This document shows positions 1 to 9,207 of a DNA stretch of 64,000 nt, piece by piece. The stretch comes from an uncultured Alphaproteobacteria bacterium (GTDB taxonomy: Bacteria > Pseudomonadota > Alphaproteobacteria > Caulobacterales > Hyphomonadaceae), in assembly GCA_903842595.1 (NCBI GenBank), contig CAIMMO010000217.1, positions 588 to 64,587 on the forward strand, given 5' to 3'. Below the pieces are notes generated by a model that had not been told where the DNA came from, did no database searches, and saw only the letters and a list, made by a program, of their open reading frames with translations. Each line of letters starts with the position of its first letter. The stretch's first letter is position 1. The position numbers were made by a program, and so were the translations under genes.

Positions 1-620
1 AACCCATGTCCCGAGGTGTCATCCGGCCGGTTCGGGTTCACCAGCGCCAGAATGGACGGCATGTGATCGTCATGCATGAGGTGATGGTCCATCACCACGA
101 CATCGAGCCCGATCTCGTTCGCCGTCTGCAGCGCTGCAATCGCCGCCGCGCCGCAGTCGACCGTGACAACCAGTTCCGCGCCCATCGCCTTCAGCGCACG
201 GAACGCGCCCGGCGTCGGCCCGAAGCCTTCGGTCAGCCGGTCGGGCACATAAAGAATGAGCTCCCGCCCCCATGCACGGAAATAGCGCGACAGGATCGCC
301 GACGACGTCCCGCCATCGACATCGTAATCCGCAAACACAGCCACCTTCTTCCCCGCGATGATCGCATCGAGGATCACTGCCGCCGCCTTGTCCATGTCGG
401 CAAACGAAGAGGGATCGGGAAACAGGTCCTTCAGCGTCGGATTGAGAAACAGCTCCGCCTCATCCAGTTGCACGCCGCGCGAGGCAAGCAACCGCCCCAC
501 AAGATCCGGTTGTTTCAACCTGCGTGCATGCGCCTGCGCCAGCTGGTCATCGCCCGGCCGCTGCCGCCAGGCCTTGCCCGACAGTGAATTCGTAACACCG
601 AGGAAATGTGGAGGGGTCAT
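1..620 (-). CDS. recJ: single-stranded-DNA-specific exonuclease RecJ, N-terminal part (gene continues beyond window start)
   Basis: Not in the ORF track because it runs off the window. My translation of the minus strand from ATG at 620-618 gives MTPPHFLGVTNSLSGKAWRQRPGDDQLAQAHARRL...KKVAVFADYDVDGGTSSAIL...LVVTVDCGAAAI...DVVVMDHHL. These are the DHH-family motifs in RecJ order. The listed + ORF 6..587 is its antisense shadow. Confidence 0.88.
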   Translation of the reverse strand, partial: MTPPHFLGVTNSLSGKAWRQRPGDDQLAQAHARRLKQPDLVGRLLASRGVQLDEAELFLNPTLKDLFPDPSSFADMDKAAAVILDAIIAGKKVAVFADYDVDGGTSSAILSRYFRAWGRELILYVPDRLTEGFGPTPGAFRALKAMGAELVVTVDCGAAAIAALQTANEIGLDVVVMDHHLMHDDHMPSILALVNPNRPDDTSGHG

Positions 621-677
621 GGGAATCACAGGCGAACGTGTGCCCGAACGACCCCTGGATCAACCCTGTTGTATGCG

Positions 678-1553
678 TCAGTAAGCCAGCGGCTTCACCA
701 GCTCGGCCTCTTTCGCGCACCACGCCGCATCGGGCATAGCGCCGGACGCGCGCGCCGCCACAAGCTCGGCCTGCGCCTTGGCCAGTGCATCGCGATAATC
801 CGGCGACGCCTGCACCGCCGCAAAAACGCCAGCCGCGTTCGTCCGCGCCGCCTCGATCGCGCTCATGTTATGCAGCCCGCACACCACGCGGCTCTCCCCG
901 AAAGCCCGGCCGCGCGCCAGCGCCTCGCTTGCCCGGTCGGGTGCAAGCTGCGCCACCACCAGCCCAGCGATCCATCCAAGCGATCCATGGCCCGATGGAT
1001 AATCGAAGCTCGCCTCGAGCCCTGGCGTCCGCGCGATGCAGATGTTGCCGGGATTGTGCATGAAGGGCCGCGTGCGCCGGTAAAGCTGCTTCGCCACCTC
1101 CGCCGCCATCCCGGCGTCGATCGTGGTCCTGGCAAGAATGCCCGCAAGCGCCGGCGAGTTCTCCGGCGTGAGCTGCACGCCCACCGCGCAGGAAAAATTC
1201 TTGAGCAAGTCGGCTGGCCGATAACTGTCATCCGCCTGCGCCAGCTTCCAGCGCTCGCTACCCTCCAGCGTGCGCGTCTTGACGAAGATTTCCCAGTCGA
1301 GCGTGTTGCGCGTCTCGCCTTTCTTGGGGGCCGGCGGAATTGTCGCGACCGCATTCGGCATCGTCGTCGGATCAAGGAATCCCAGAGCCCGGGCGGCGCC
1401 CCCCTGCATCAGCTGGGCGCCGGCCATTGGGGTTTCGGGGGCCTTCGGTGCAGGAACAGTCGCCACGCCGCCTGCGCAGGCGACCAGCACAGCCAGCCCC
1501 ACCGCGAGCATAGCGTAGGTTCCAGCCTCGGCCTTCGGTCTCATCCTTCCCAT
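678..1553 (-). CDS. class A (PAP2-type) acid phosphatase, probable lipoprotein
   Basis: 291-aa ORF. Signal peptide with lipobox (LAVLVAC). PAP2 motifs KQLYRRTRP, YPSGHGS and SRVVCGLH are present. Confidence 0.8.
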   Translation of the reverse strand: MGRMRPKAEAGTYAMLAVGLAVLVACAGGVATVPAPKAPETPMAGAQLMQGGAARALGFLDPTTMPNAVATIPPAPKKGETRNTLDWEIFVKTRTLEGSERWKLAQADDSYRPADLLKNFSCAVGVQLTPENSPALAGILARTTIDAGMAAEVAKQLYRRTRPFMHNPGNICIARTPGLEASFDYPSGHGSLGWIAGLVVAQLAPDRASEALARGRAFGESRVVCGLHNMSAIEAARTNAAGVFAAVQASPDYRDALAKAQAELVAARASGAMPDAAWCAKEAELVKPLAY

Positions 1554-1622
1554 CCCCTTCTACCGCATTTCTAGGACCCTATCAGGGGAGCGGCAAGCCG
1601 GATTGCACCCGAGGCGGCTGGC

Positions 1623-2387
1623 ATGTCAGATTCACTGAAAACCAGGATCGTCATCATGATCGAACGCCAGCGCGACATCGCCACGAAGGACGGCGCCAGC
1701 ACCACCTTCATCGTGCACCCCGATCGCGGCGGCCCGTTCCCGGTGATCGTCTTCCTCATGGACGCCCCGGCGATCCGCGAGGAGCTGCGCGACATGGCCC
1801 GCCGCTTCGCCACGTCCGGCTACTATGTGATGCTGCCGAACCTTTATTATCGCGCGGGCGAGATGGAACTCGGCCCGATTGAATTCGACCCCGACGGTCC
1901 ATGGCGCAAGAAGATGTTTGCGCTGATGGACAGCCTCGAGATCGACATGGTGCTCGCGGATGTCGATGCGATGATCGCCTTCGCCGCGAAGGACCCGATG
2001 GCGAATGCAGGTTCGGTGGGCACTATCGGCTACTGCATGAGCGGCCGCTTCGCCGTCTGCGCAGGCGGCAGCCGCCCGGACTGCGTCAAAGCCGCCGCCT
2101 CGATCTACGGCGTCCGTCTCGTCACCGACCAAGAGACCAGCCCGCATCTTGTCGCCAAGGGCTCACCGGCCGAATTCTACTTCGCATGCGCCGAACGCGA
2201 TCACTGGGCGCCGCAGGAAATGGTCGACCAGATGAAGCGCGACCTGAAGGGCGCCCACGGCGAAGTCGAACAATACCCCGACACCGATCACGGCTTCGGC
2301 TTCCCGCAACGCCCGGCCTATCGCAAGCTCGCGGCGGAGCAGCATTGGGAGCGGGTGCTGAGCCTGTTCGCGCGAAACCTGCGCTAA
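1623..2387 (+). CDS. dienelactone hydrolase family protein
   Basis: 254-aa ORF. Alpha/beta-hydrolase layout with a Cys nucleophile elbow (GYCMSGR) and C-terminal TDHGF, as in dienelactone hydrolases. Confidence 0.8.
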   Translation: MSDSLKTRIVIMIERQRDIATKDGASTTFIVHPDRGGPFPVIVFLMDAPAIREELRDMARRFATSGYYVMLPNLYYRAGEMELGPIEFDPDGPWRKKMFALMDSLEIDMVLADVDAMIAFAAKDPMANAGSVGTIGYCMSGRFAVCAGGSRPDCVKAAASIYGVRLVTDQETSPHLVAKGSPAEFYFACAERDHWAPQEMVDQMKRDLKGAHGEVEQYPDTDHGFGFPQRPAYRKLAAEQHWERVLSLFARNLR

Positions 2388-2749
2388 TACTCAAACAGCT
2401 TCGCATCCCGCTCGGCGCGCTTCTTCGCCGCTTCAAGAATGTGCGCCGCCAGAATCTTCTTGGTTCCCTTGCCCTTCAGCGTCGCCGCAGGATCGAGATG
2501 GTGCCGGTCAACCAGCGCCCTTAGTTCCTTCGCATCGAATTTCGCCAGCCGTGCCTCGAAGCCAGCTGCGTCCTTCTTGTATTCCACCAGCGGATGAAAG
2601 TTCTCGATGCTGCGCTCGGCCATCCGCTTCTCGGTCAACTGCTGGCCAAACTTCGCCAGCGCGTCCTCAAGCTTCTTTCCGAACGCAGGATTGGAAGCCG
2701 CCTCTTCCGCAACCACCTTGAAGAGGCTCGACAGCGCACGGTCGATCAT
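2384..2749 (-). CDS. hypothetical 121-aa helical protein, partner of the ParA-like ATPase
   Basis: The ORF starts 13 nt after the ParA-like stop, behind a GAGGG Shine-Dalgarno sequence. High GC3. Lys-rich C-terminus (KGKGTKKILAAHILEAAKKRAERDAKLFEY). I recognise no family. Confidence 0.6.
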   Translation of the reverse strand: MIDRALSSLFKVVAEEAASNPAFGKKLEDALAKFGQQLTEKRMAERSIENFHPLVEYKKDAAGFEARLAKFDAKELRALVDRHHLDPAATLKGKGTKKILAAHILEAAKKRAERDAKLFEY

Positions 2750-2762
2750 CGCCAGAGCCCTC

Positions 2763-3617
2763 TCAGATCAACCCAGCCCGCTCGCGGAACTCGGCCGCGA
2801 ACGTCCCGATCACCTGCGCCGCCGCGCCGTACTTCTGCGCCAGCGTGCGCTTCTGCTCGGACCATTCCGCCGCCCGCGCGATCTGCTCGGCTTGCGGGAT
2901 GCGCGTATCGAACACGTGGAACTGTTCCTTCAGCATCGCCGCCTCGCTCGCATGCAGCGTGTTGTGATCCTCGAACTTGGTGATCAGCGTCCAGATACGC
3001 TCATCCGTGAAACGCCTCTGTTCCATCGACCGCAGCGCACGCTTGCGAAACGCGAAGATGCCCAGGCGCGAGACATAATCCGGAATGGTGGGGATCACGA
3101 TGAACTCGGACAACTCGATCGCGGCCTCGGCAAACATCGAGATGCCCGGCGGACAATCGAACAGTACAAGGTCGTAACTGTCGCCGACATTCTCGATCGC
3201 CGAACTGGTAAGCCTTGAGAAGCGCGTGTTCAGCTGGCGAATGTCAAACCCCTGCGACACCCACTTCTCCAGTGCGTGCCGCTCGATATAGCGGAACTCC
3301 GGCGTCGAGATCAGCAGATCGAGTTGGGGATCGCCCGCAATGTCGCTCACCCGGTTGGCGATGAACTCGCGAAAAAAACGTGGCTCGCCGCCGTAGACAT
3401 ACTGGTTGAAGTATTCATCGATCGTCCGCCCGCCCTTGCGCAGGTCGATCCAGCGATCCTGTCCGGCCAGCATCATCGACACGTTGGACTGCGGATCGAG
3501 GTCGATCACCAGCACGCGCATGCCATCGCTCGCCAGCGCCTCGGCAAGGCTCGCGACTGTCGTCGACTTGCCGACGCCGCCCTTCATGTTGACGACCGAA
3601 ACCACGCGCGGCGACAC
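2763..3617 (-). CDS. ParA/MinD-family (deviant Walker A) ATPase, orphan
   Basis: 284 aa with a GTG start and GGAG upstream. Deviant Walker A VNMKGGVGKST with the signature Lys, A' box VLVIDLDPQ, and Walker B DLVLFDCPPG. Confidence 0.85.
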   Translation of the reverse strand: MSPRVVSVVNMKGGVGKSTTVASLAEALASDGMRVLVIDLDPQSNVSMMLAGQDRWIDLRKGGRTIDEYFNQYVYGGEPRFFREFIANRVSDIAGDPQLDLLISTPEFRYIERHALEKWVSQGFDIRQLNTRFSRLTSSAIENVGDSYDLVLFDCPPGISMFAEAAIELSEFIVIPTIPDYVSRLGIFAFRKRALRSMEQRRFTDERIWTLITKFEDHNTLHASEAAMLKEQFHVFDTRIPQAEQIARAAEWSEQKRTLAQKYGAAAQVIGTFAAEFRERAGLI

Positions 3618-3721
3618 GGGCGCAACTCCACTTGTGCCAGAGGGAATAACCGGAAGCGCAAGCCGTCGTGTGCTTTTGCGCCGAGGTCAAGCAACCAACG
3701 ATGATTTAGGCGCCGAAGATC

Positions 3722-4066
3722 CTACTGCCCCCCAGCCGGCGGCGTAGCCGGGCGCGGCGATTCGGGCGGCAGGAACGGGTTCGTGCCGGGCTCGATATAA
3801 ACCAGTCCAACCTCCTCGTTGTAACGGGCGACGCGCTCTTCCTCGGCCTTGTTGATGGCATCGATCCGCCTGCGCTCCTTCGTCAGAGCCTGCTGTTCCC
3901 TGACCCGCTCGAGGCCCGCCTGAACCTCGGGATCGGCCCATTGGTTGGGCAGGACCCAGACGCAGAACCCAACGATCAGGCCAGCGCCGATGATCGCATA
4001 GTTCCAGTACTTCCAGCCAAAATTGATCGGCTTCCAGTACGATGGGGATTTTGACTCGTCTTGCAT
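3722..4066 (-). CDS. small membrane protein (one TM, Pro-rich tail), hypothetical
   Basis: 114 aa. The ATG lies 1 nt after the gor stop (TGAGATG). TM segment YAIIGAGLIVGFCVWVL, then a charged helical region and a PPESPRPATPPAGG tail. Confidence 0.6.
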   Translation of the reverse strand: MQDESKSPSYWKPINFGWKYWNYAIIGAGLIVGFCVWVLPNQWADPEVQAGLERVREQQALTKERRRIDAINKAEEERVARYNEEVGLVYIEPGTNPFLPPESPRPATPPAGGQ

Positions 4067-4067
4067 C

Positions 4068-5447
4068 TCAAACCGGCTTCAATTCTGGCGGCACAAACTT
4101 TTCGCGCAACGTCACGAGCTCCTCGGCGATCGAGGGATGCAACGCGCAGGTGCGGTCGAAATCGGCCTTTGTCGCGCCCATCTTTACGGCGATCGCCACC
4201 GCCTGGATGATTTCCGGCGCGTCCGGTCCGACGATATGAACGCCCACCACGCGCTCATCCTCGGCCCGCACCACGATCTTCATTAGCACACGTTCCTCAT
4301 CCCCTGTGAGCATATCTTTCATCGGGCGAAACCGTGTCTTGTAGATGTCCACCTGCCCGAACTGGCGGCGCGCCTCCGCCTCGGTCATTCCCACCACGCC
4401 AACGGGCGGCTGGGCGAAAACGGCGATCGGCACGTCGGCATGATCGAACTGTGTCGGAAGATTCATGTATTCGGTCTGAGCAAACGCCTGCGCTTCCCGG
4501 ATCGCGACGGGGGTCAGATTCAGCCTGTCCGTCACGTCTCCCACGGCGAAGATGTGCGCCGTGCTTGAGCGCGAATAGCCGTCTACCTCGACCGCACCCT
4601 TGTCGTTCACTTTCACGCCGGCCTTCTCGAGACCAAGGCCGCGCGTATGCGGCTCGCGACCGACAGCGAACAACACCTTGTCCGCCGTCACGCTCTCGCC
4701 ATTCGACAGCGTCACCTTGAGCTTACCGTCATCCTTCGCGATGGCCTTGGGCGAGGCATGTGTGATCACCCTCACGCCCTTCCGCTTCAACTCATCATGC
4801 ACATGCGTGCGCACATCATCGTCAAATCCGCGAAGCACTGTCTCGCCGCGATAGACGAGGCACACGCGCGCGCCGAGCCCGCGCATGATCCCTGCGAACT
4901 CGACGGCGATATAGCCTCCGCCGATGATCACGATGTGCTCGGGTATCTCATCCAAGTGAAACATCTCGTTGGACGAGATCGCGAGGTCGATGCCCTCGAC
5001 ATCCCTGGGCATGATCGGCGAGCCACCCGTCGCGATCAGGATTTTCTTCGCCGTCACCGTGCGGCCGGACATCACCAGCTTCAACGTGTGCGCATCGACG
5101 AACTCCACCCGCTCCTCGATGATCTCCGCGCCCGAATTGCGCAGGTTGCGGGCATAGATGCCGGACAGCCGGTCGATCTCCCGGTGCATCCGGTCCATGA
5201 ACAGGTTGTGGTCGTAGGTCGCGTTCTCGACGTTCCAGCCATAGCCCTTCGCGTGCGTGATCGCGCTGCCGAACTCGCTGGCATAAACCATGTACTTCTT
5301 GGGAATGCAGCCACGCACCACGCAGGTACCGCCAGTGCGATACTCCTCAGCCACTGCCACCTTGGCGCCCGACATCGCCGCCAGCCGCGAGGCGCGAACG
5401 CCGCCTGAACCGGCGCCGATCACGAACAGGTCATAGTCATAGGCCAT
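4068..5447 (-). CDS. gor: glutathione-disulfide reductase
   Basis: 459 aa. N-terminal FAD fold DLFVIGAGSGG and redox-active GGTCVVRGCIPKK. The length and C-terminal dimerisation region are typical of Gor. Confidence 0.9.
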   Translation of the reverse strand: MAYDYDLFVIGAGSGGVRASRLAAMSGAKVAVAEEYRTGGTCVVRGCIPKKYMVYASEFGSAITHAKGYGWNVENATYDHNLFMDRMHREIDRLSGIYARNLRNSGAEIIEERVEFVDAHTLKLVMSGRTVTAKKILIATGGSPIMPRDVEGIDLAISSNEMFHLDEIPEHIVIIGGGYIAVEFAGIMRGLGARVCLVYRGETVLRGFDDDVRTHVHDELKRKGVRVITHASPKAIAKDDGKLKVTLSNGESVTADKVLFAVGREPHTRGLGLEKAGVKVNDKGAVEVDGYSRSSTAHIFAVGDVTDRLNLTPVAIREAQAFAQTEYMNLPTQFDHADVPIAVFAQPPVGVVGMTEAEARRQFGQVDIYKTRFRPMKDMLTGDEERVLMKIVVRAEDERVVGVHIVGPDAPEIIQAVAIAVKMGATKADFDRTCALHPSIAEELVTLREKFVPPELKPV

Positions 5448-5512
5448 CAGGCGCCCCGAGGTGCTGCTGGGGCCTTATCTAGGGATTTGCGGACGATGGC
5501 GAAAGCCTGACC

Positions 5513-5887
5513 TTACTTCACAGCCAGCGGCCAGGCCGGGCCAACGCCACTTGCCGGCTTGCCCGGCGCATCCGCGCGATATGTGTAAAGTGGCTTGCCC
5601 TTGTAGGCCCACTGCTTTGAACCATCATCGCGCGTGACCACGGTCCAGTCGCCGTCATCCGCCGCGCCGGCCGCAGCAGCAAGCGGAGGCCACGCCGTCG
5701 CGCAGGCATTGTTGCAGGCCGACTTGCCCGCCGTGCGATCGTTGGCAAACGTGTAGAGCGGCTTCCCATCCGGCGCGATGAACGCGCCGTCGTTCTCGGT
5801 GACGCCAGGAGGGCTCGCCCACGCAGCGCCGCTCAGGGCGATCATCGTGACAACAGCCAGACCAGCAAGAGAGCGCATCGAGATCAT
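5513..5887 (-). CDS. secreted protein with tandem Y-x-F/Y-x-x-D type repeats (COG4315-like)
   Basis: 124 aa. Sec signal (ALSGAAWA). Repeated GKPLYTFANDRTAGKSAC / GKPLYTYRAD blocks are typical of this small periplasmic family. Confidence 0.7.
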   Translation of the reverse strand: MISMRSLAGLAVVTMIALSGAAWASPPGVTENDGAFIAPDGKPLYTFANDRTAGKSACNNACATAWPPLAAAAGAADDGDWTVVTRDDGSKQWAYKGKPLYTYRADAPGKPASGVGPAWPLAVK

Positions 5888-5950
5888 CCCTGCAACCGGC
5901 GCAGTTCAGCGCCCGATATCAGGGTACCACTCGCACGCTGGTGGGCAATC

Positions 5951-6481
5951 TCAGTTCGGCAGCACCATGCCCGGCGGCAGTTGGGGCATGCCCTCAGGCT
6001 GCGGCGGCGGGGCGGGGGCCGCCCCCGTCGGCCAGCCGGAATTCACGCGCGCAACGGCACGCGTCGCAGCTTCCTTGGCGAGTCCGTCCAGCAGGGCCAT
6101 CGGATCCTGCATCGCGATCTCCTGCCGTTCCACAACCGCCTTGCCTTCTTTCGAGACCAGCAGCTTGTGCAGGAAATCGAGCTCCTTGATGTTGAACTCC
6201 CGGCTCAGGCTGGCGACCAGCGACTTCTTCACGTCCGGCAGCTTGCTTTCCATCTCGCGATTGATGGCAATCAGCGTCTGGTTCACCTGATCCTGGCTGA
6301 TCGAGCCCTGATACATCAGGCCCTGTACCTGCTGGCGGGCAAACTGGACGACCATGCCCTCGTTGATCACCACGTCGGCAATCTTGGCGGCGAGCCGCTC
6401 CTCACCCACGGGGACACCCACCGGCTGGCAGGCAGCCAGGCCAAGCGCGGCGCCGACGAGAGCGGTTTTCCACAAGGTCAT
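5951..6481 (-). CDS. hypothetical lipoprotein
   Basis: Trimmed to ATG 6481 (MTLWKTALVGAALGLAAC lipobox). Helical body with a Pro-rich C-terminus. Family not recognised with certainty. Confidence 0.65.
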   Translation of the reverse strand: MTLWKTALVGAALGLAACQPVGVPVGEERLAAKIADVVINEGMVVQFARQQVQGLMYQGSISQDQVNQTLIAINREMESKLPDVKKSLVASLSREFNIKELDFLHKLLVSKEGKAVVERQEIAMQDPMALLDGLAKEAATRAVARVNSGWPTGAAPAPPPQPEGMPQLPPGMVLPN

Positions 6482-6572
6482 TGGGTCTTTCCTGTCCGTA
6501 TCGGTATCCGGTTGCGGCTGGCCTGTACCATCCGTCGGGACCAATCCCTAGAGCTTTTGGCGTCGCGGGATT

Positions 6573-7271
6573 CTAGCGCGGATCGACGAAGCGCGCCCCG
6601 GCATCTTCCCCAACGATCACGCGGTCCGCCATCCCGATGAACAACCCGTGCTCCACCACGCCCGGAAGGTTATCCAGCAGCACGGAAAGTTCGATCGGGT
6701 CGGCAATCACCCCGCAGGCGAGGTCGAGAATCAGGTGCCCGCCATCCGTATGCAGCAGGCTTTCCGCCGTCGCCATCCGCCAGGACGACGTCGCAACCGT
6801 CATCCCGGCCTCCGCCATACGCCAGTGGATACGCCGCCGCGTCAGCTCGGCCCCGAAACCATTGATCTCCACCGGCAGGGCAAACCCTCCCAGGTGCTCG
6901 ACCTGCTTTGACGGGTCCGTGATCACGACCATCCGGTCGGACGCCTCTGCAATGATCTTCTCGCGCAGCAGCGCCGCCCCGCCGCCCTTGATCAGATTGA
7001 GGTCGGGATCAAACTCGTCCGCCCCATCGATCGTCAGGTCGATCCGCTCCAGCTCGTCCGGCGACACGATCGCCAAGCCCAGCGATCGGGCCAGCCTGTC
7101 GGTGGCCTCCGACGTCGGCGTGCCCACAACCCTCAGTCCCTGCGCCACCCGCTCGGCCAGAAGCCGCACAAAGATTGCCGCCGTCGAACCGGTGCCGAGG
7201 CCCAGCACCATGTCTGGCTGCACCAGATCGAGCGCAGCCTGCGCTGCATTCCGCTTGGCAATGTCTGACAC
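6573..7271 (-). CDS. rpiA: ribose-5-phosphate isomerase A
   Basis: 232 aa. Contains LGLGTGSTA, IDGADE and KGGGAALLREKI motifs. Confidence 0.9.
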   Translation of the reverse strand: MSDIAKRNAAQAALDLVQPDMVLGLGTGSTAAIFVRLLAERVAQGLRVVGTPTSEATDRLARSLGLAIVSPDELERIDLTIDGADEFDPDLNLIKGGGAALLREKIIAEASDRMVVITDPSKQVEHLGGFALPVEINGFGAELTRRRIHWRMAEAGMTVATSSWRMATAESLLHTDGGHLILDLACGVIADPIELSVLLDNLPGVVEHGLFIGMADRVIVGEDAGARFVDPR

Positions 7272-7274
7272 GGC

Positions 7275-7529
7275 TCAGGTCTTCTTGCCGGTGTCGCCCG
7301 CCGCGGCGCGCGCGCCTGCGCCCATCAGCTGCATGAAGCTGTCGGTCGCCTGGCCGCCCATCGAGTACCACTGCTTCAGGTAGAACTCCGGGCTCACGAG
7401 CTCCACATTCTGCTCGATCCGCTGCTTCACCGACGCCACCAGCGTCTCGTTGATCGGGCTGACATCCGGCAGGCCCAGAAACGCACGCGCTTCCTCCGGC
7501 GTGCATTCGACCGTGATGTTCATCTTCAT
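7275..7529 (-). CDS. small conserved hypothetical protein
   Basis: Trimmed to ATG 7529 (MKMNITVECTPEEARAFLGLPD...), with GGAG 8 nt upstream. High GC3. Ends 3 nt from the rpiA start. Confidence 0.6.
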   Translation of the reverse strand: MKMNITVECTPEEARAFLGLPDVSPINETLVASVKQRIEQNVELVSPEFYLKQWYSMGGQATDSFMQLMGAGARAAAGDTGKKT

Positions 7530-7688
7530 CGCGCGACTCCATGGCCTGCAGGCACCAGATCTCATTGCCATAGCTTTGAAAACCTTGCGCCGCCCTAACG
7601 GAGAGTTGCGTGCGGCAGACTTTTACCCGGGTGTAATTGACGGATGCATTATACCCGGATAATATCGTGCGGATACACGGAGCCGCCA

Positions 7689-8282
7689 ATGACCCCTCCT
7701 CCCACCGCCATCGCCTTCGAAGGCGGACACAAGATCGCCGAGGGCCCGCTCGCCGATGTGGCCGTCGCGATGCGCAACCGCGCCGGCAAGGCGACACACG
7801 AAGCCATTCTCGTCTTCGACTACGAGACCGGAAAGAGCCTCCAGATCGATCTCAACGGCTCGGACAAGGATGTGCGTGCAAGGCTTGCCGCCAACCTCCC
7901 CACCCAAGCGTCCGCCGACGCGTTCAGTGCCACGCCGCGTGGCCCCGGACGGCCCCGGCTCGGCGTCATCGCGCGCGAAGTGACGCTGCTGCCGCGCCAC
8001 TGGGACTGGCTCAACGCACAGCCCGGCGGCGCATCCGTCGCCCTGCGCAAGCTCGTCGAGGAGGCCCGCAAGGCGCGTGGCGATACCGACACTGTCCGGT
8101 CGCGGCAGGAAGCTGCCTATCGCTTCATGTCCGCCATCGCCGGCGACTGGCCGAACTACGAGGAAGCAAACCGCGCCCTGTTCGCAAGCGACGCTGATCG
8201 CTTCCACCAACTCACCGCCAGCTGGCCAGCCGATGTCCGCGACCACGCGCGTCGCCTCGCATTCGGCCTGCCACACGCTTGA
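7689..8282 (+). CDS. hypothetical protein (resembles the DUF2239 family, from memory)
   Basis: Trimmed to ATG 7689 (MTPPPTAIAFEGGHKIAEG...). Internal RGPGRPRLGVIAREVTLLPRHWDWL block. Good coding GC3. Confidence 0.6.
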   Translation: MTPPPTAIAFEGGHKIAEGPLADVAVAMRNRAGKATHEAILVFDYETGKSLQIDLNGSDKDVRARLAANLPTQASADAFSATPRGPGRPRLGVIAREVTLLPRHWDWLNAQPGGASVALRKLVEEARKARGDTDTVRSRQEAAYRFMSAIAGDWPNYEEANRALFASDADRFHQLTASWPADVRDHARRLAFGLPHA

Positions 8283-8331
8283 CCACACCTGACCTGCAGG
8301 CGCATCCCTCGCGCTGCAGCGGAGATCAGAC

Positions 8332-9129
8332 ATGGCCGGCAAACGCGGTCGCGGACAGACAGCCTTGATCACCGGCGCGTCCGCCGGCATCGGTGTCGAT
8401 CTCGCCGCGTGCTTCGCGAAGGACGGCTACGATCTCATCATCACGGCGCGCACGGAGGCCGCCTTGGGCGACGTCGCTGACCGCATCTCGAAAGCGCACG
8501 GTGTAAAGGTCACGCCCATCACCTGCGACCTTGGCGCGCCCGGCGGCGGCGCGAGGCTCGCAGCCGACATCGACCAGCGCAGCCTCACCGTCGATGTGCT
8601 CGTCAACAATGCCGGCTTTGGATTTAGCGGACAATTCGCCGAGGCGCCGATCGACCAGCATCTTGGCATGATCGACCTCAACGTCCGCGCGCTCACCGAA
8701 CTCACGCACATCTACTGGACGTCGATGCTCACGAAAAAGCGCGGCGGTATCCTAAACGTCGCCTCCACCGCCGCCTTCCAGCCAGGCCCGCTGATGTCGG
8801 TGTACTACGCCTCGAAAGCCTTCGTGCTCTCCTTCACCGAAGCGCTCTGGGAAGAAGCGCGCGGCACAGGCGTCCACGTCACCGCCCTCTGCCCCGGCCC
8901 CACCGTCTCCAGCTTCCACGGCCGCGCCGGCACCGACAAGACCCGCCTCTTCGGCGCTGCAAAACCGATGGCCTCAATGCCCGTCGCGCAGATGGGGTAT
9001 GATGGCTTCCGCAAAAACAAGCGCGTCGTCGTCGCCGGCGCCCTCAACAAGACCCTCGTCGGCGCAACGCGCGTCGCACCGCGCGGCCTGCTGCTGCGCA
9101 CGGTGCGTCACCTGCAGGGACCGGCATAG
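8332..9129 (+). CDS. SDR-family oxidoreductase
   Basis: 265 aa. Contains TALITGASAGIG (TGxxxGxG), NNAG and YxxxK (YYASKAF). Confidence 0.85.
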   Translation: MAGKRGRGQTALITGASAGIGVDLAACFAKDGYDLIITARTEAALGDVADRISKAHGVKVTPITCDLGAPGGGARLAADIDQRSLTVDVLVNNAGFGFSGQFAEAPIDQHLGMIDLNVRALTELTHIYWTSMLTKKRGGILNVASTAAFQPGPLMSVYYASKAFVLSFTEALWEEARGTGVHVTALCPGPTVSSFHGRAGTDKTRLFGAAKPMASMPVAQMGYDGFRKNKRVVVAGALNKTLVGATRVAPRGLLLRTVRHLQGPA

Positions 9130-9207
9130 GCGCATGACGACACCGTCAGCCCGCCCGATCGCAATGAGCGCAAGCCATGCGTCTTCCACGCCCTGGAGAG
9201 TTATCGC

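Noticed and set aside
634-649. GAAC-N8-GAAC (GTTC-N8-GTTC on the other strand) just upstream of recJ, reminiscent of the alphaproteobacterial LexA box.
   Set aside because: The consensus direct repeat is GTTC-N7-GTTC. The spacer here is one base too long, so I do not call an SOS box.
3621-3640. A sigma-54-like element on the minus strand upstream of the ParA-like gene (CTGGCACAAGTGGAGTTGCG).
   Set aside because: The GG-to-GC spacing is three nucleotides longer than in the TGGCAC-N5-TTGC consensus, and no enhancer-binding protein gene is nearby.
8287-8325. Imperfect hairpins with one-base bulges between same-strand genes: CTGCAGGCGC...GCGCTGCAG at about 8295-8321, and a similar one at about 11007-11034.
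   Set aside because: No U-tract follows, the stems are bulged, and the downstream genes follow immediately. They may be weak attenuators, but the evidence is insufficient for a terminator call.
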